NCBI GenBank assembly: GCA_043228905.1
Contig: JBHGNT010001074.1
Coordinates: 1 to 12,350 of the forward strand
Reading direction: 5' to 3'
DNA length: 12,350 bases
DNA from: Azolla caroliniana
Lineage: Eukaryota; Plantae; Polypodiophyta
A model generated the notes under the pieces. It ran no database searches. It had not been told where the DNA came from and saw nothing but the letters and a program-made list of their open reading frames with translations. A program made the translations under genes and the position numbers. Positions 10,317 through 12,350 of this stretch are shown piece by piece. Each line of letters opens with the position of its first letter. The stretch's first letter is position 1.

Positions 10317-11869
10317 TGTGTGCAAAATGAACAAAAAAACAGAGCATTGAGCATCTATGAACAAATGCAAAGTGAAGGTCTTGCTCCAAATGCAATCACC
10401 TTTATTTTGATTCTGAAAGCATGTAGCAGCATTGGCCTTGTTGAGAAAGGTGAAAATTTCATAAAAAGCTTCTCAGGGGAGGATTTTTGGAGAATGATAT
10501 TGTTCTTAGAGTTGCTTTAGTGGGTATGTATGCAAAATGTGGTGCACTTGAAAAAGTGCAACAAGTGCTTGAAGGGCTTTCTACTTGAGACACTATTTGT
10601 TGGAATGCATTAATCACAACGTATACTAAGCAAGGGCATGACCATGAGGCATTAAATTGTTTCAAACAAATGATAAATGATGGTCTTTCTCCCAATGGAA
10701 GCACTAACCTTTCCATTTTGAAGGCTTGTGGCAATTTAGGGGCTATAGAGAAAGGCAAACAAATTCATGATCAAATTCGGAGCAGAAACTTCATAGAGAA
10801 GGATATTGTGCTTGCTAACGGTTTAGCTTATATGTATGTTAAATGTGGAATGCTTGACAAAGCTCAAAAATCACTCGAAGACCATTCTAATCACAATGTC
10901 ATCACATGGTCTGCAATAATTTATGGGTATGTTCAACATGGACAAAGCCATGATGCACCCAATAGTTTCAAACAAATGCAAAATGAGGGTTTATCACATG
11001 ATGTTGTTACGTTTATTTGCACTCTAAAGGCCTGTGGAAGCATGGGTGCTATAGACAAGGGCAAACAAATTCATGATGAGGTCGTGAAAAGGAAATTGTT
11101 GGAGAAGAATATAGTTCTTGGCACTACTCTGGTTCATATGTATGCTAGATGTGGTATGCTTGAGAAAGCGAGAAAAGTACTAGAAGAGCTTCATCTTCGA
11201 GATGTGATTGCTTGGTCAGCCCTTATTGTTGGCTATGCTCAACAAGGACAAGGACATGTAGCCCTGAAGTGTCTCAAACACATGGAAAGCGAGGGCATAT
11301 CTCCTAACAACATAACATTATTATGTGTGCTACAACTTTACTTTTTCCTTCATGTCTCTCGCTGTCAATTTCGAAATTCATATTTTATCACGCCATATCA
11401 TAGCCTACTTGCAAGTGCTCACTTTGAGCTCATAAAAGATGCCAAAATGTTTTTTGAGATTATGACTACAAAATATTGTATTTCTCCAAACTTAGAGCAT
11501 CTTAATTGCATGGTTGTAGTATTTGGATGTGGGGGGCAATTTGATAAGGCTATTTCAGTGATCAAGGCAATGCTATTTTTTGAGTATTCAGCCATAGGGA
11601 TTTCACTATTGGGTGCTTGTAGGAAGTGGGGAAATGTGAAGCTTGGGAGTTTGTCCTTTGATCAAGCCATACAACTAGATAATAATGGTGTGGAGGCATA
11701 TGTTCGCATGGTTGATATATTTGGAAGTGTTGGTATGTTAGAGGATGAAAAAAAATTCGAAAACATGATCAGAATAAAACATGATTCTTGGAGAACGCAA
11801 GAATATGAACATGCCATGGATGTCTATGTCAATGAGCATACTATGGATGCCTATATTGATCATGGATGA
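10317..11869 (+). pseudogene. PLS-class pentatricopeptide repeat (PPR) pseudogene, E-subclass (organellar RNA-editing factor family), 5'-truncated
   Basis: About 12 motifs in P-L-S triplets (e.g. WNALITTYTKQG..EALNCFKQM..DGLSPN, TFICTLKACGSMGAIDKGKQIH, LVHMYARCGMLEKARKVLEEL..RD), ending in P2-L2-S2, then E1 (SLLGACRKWGNVKLG) and E2 (AYVRMVDIFGSVGM..D). Lesions are a 1-nt frameshift at ~10455, an in-frame TGA at 10586-10588 and a 75-bp insertion at 11334-11408. There is no start codon or transit peptide and no DYW domain. A residual ORF spans 10670-11869. Confidence 0.85.
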
Positions 11870-12079
11870 GTTGATAGATCTGGTGGGTTTTAACAACTCA
11901 TAAACATGAACATACCATTGATATCTATATCAATGAGCATGTCATGTATGCATTTATTGATGAGATTAACATGGATTTCTATATCGATGATGGTTGTATA
12001 TAAGGGAACCAGAATCTGCAAACTATGAACATGAATATATCATGGATGTTGATGAACATGCAATGAAATTTCTGCCCAT
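11807..12079 (+). repeat. Degenerate 27-bp minisatellite, consensus ~GA(A/G)CATnnCATGGATnnCTATATYRAT, in three clusters
   Basis: Units at 11807-11833, 11834-11860, 11908-11934, 11935-11961 and 11962-11988, with weaker ones at 12033-12053 and 12054-12079. Confidence 0.8.
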
Positions 12080-12308
12080 AATGCATAGATCTAAGGGAAC
12101 TTGAGTTCACAAATCAAAGAGTCATGAACCCAAGCTTAGGGCTTGGAGAAAGCAAGGAATATTGAACATCAATGTACAAAAAACTATGTGTGGTTATTGT
12201 ATATACACATCAAATCGGCCATGATGAGAGTACAAGGGAATCGATTGGTATATCCAACACAACTTTTGTATTTCTTATGATTTTATAATACCAGGGTGTA
12301 TCTTTTTG

Positions 12309-12326
12309 AATAATAATAATAATAAT
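12309..12326. repeat. (AAT)6 microsatellite
   Basis: Read directly from the sequence. Confidence 0.9.
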
Positions 12327-12350
12327 AAAATTACTACACACCATTTGTGG

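Noticed and set aside
10586-10588. TGA restored to CGA by U-to-C RNA editing
   Set aside because: Such editing is known from fern and hornwort organelles, not nuclear mRNAs, and an upstream frameshift also disrupts the gene.
11807-12079. CRISPR-like array or sulfated-peptide (DY motif) precursor
   Set aside because: The context is eukaryotic, the units abut without unique spacers, the motif is D-x-Y rather than DY, and there is no signal peptide.

Overview
AT-rich land-plant nuclear DNA; the style of the PPR repeats suggests a fern, which is an inference. The main feature is an intact two-exon CLAVATA1/BARELY ANY MERISTEM (BAM)-type LRR receptor kinase of subfamily XI on the + strand (3213-5910 joined to 6252-6625, 1023 aa). 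Directly upstream are three tandem copies of a ~209-bp unit, a short uORF, and a microsatellite-rich low-complexity block. Downstream are a small PPR relic (~8176-8322) and a PLS-E class PPR pseudogene (~10317-11869) with a frameshift, a premature TGA and a 75-bp in-frame insertion. The pseudogene runs into a 27-bp codon-structured minisatellite. The most notable observations are an apparent clean loss of one LRR relative to Arabidopsis BAM1, the triplicated upstream unit whose third copy carries the uORF ATG, and the 9-residue repeat (E-H-x-M-D-x-Y-I-N/D) at the position where a DYW domain would be. I see no convincing wholly new biological system.
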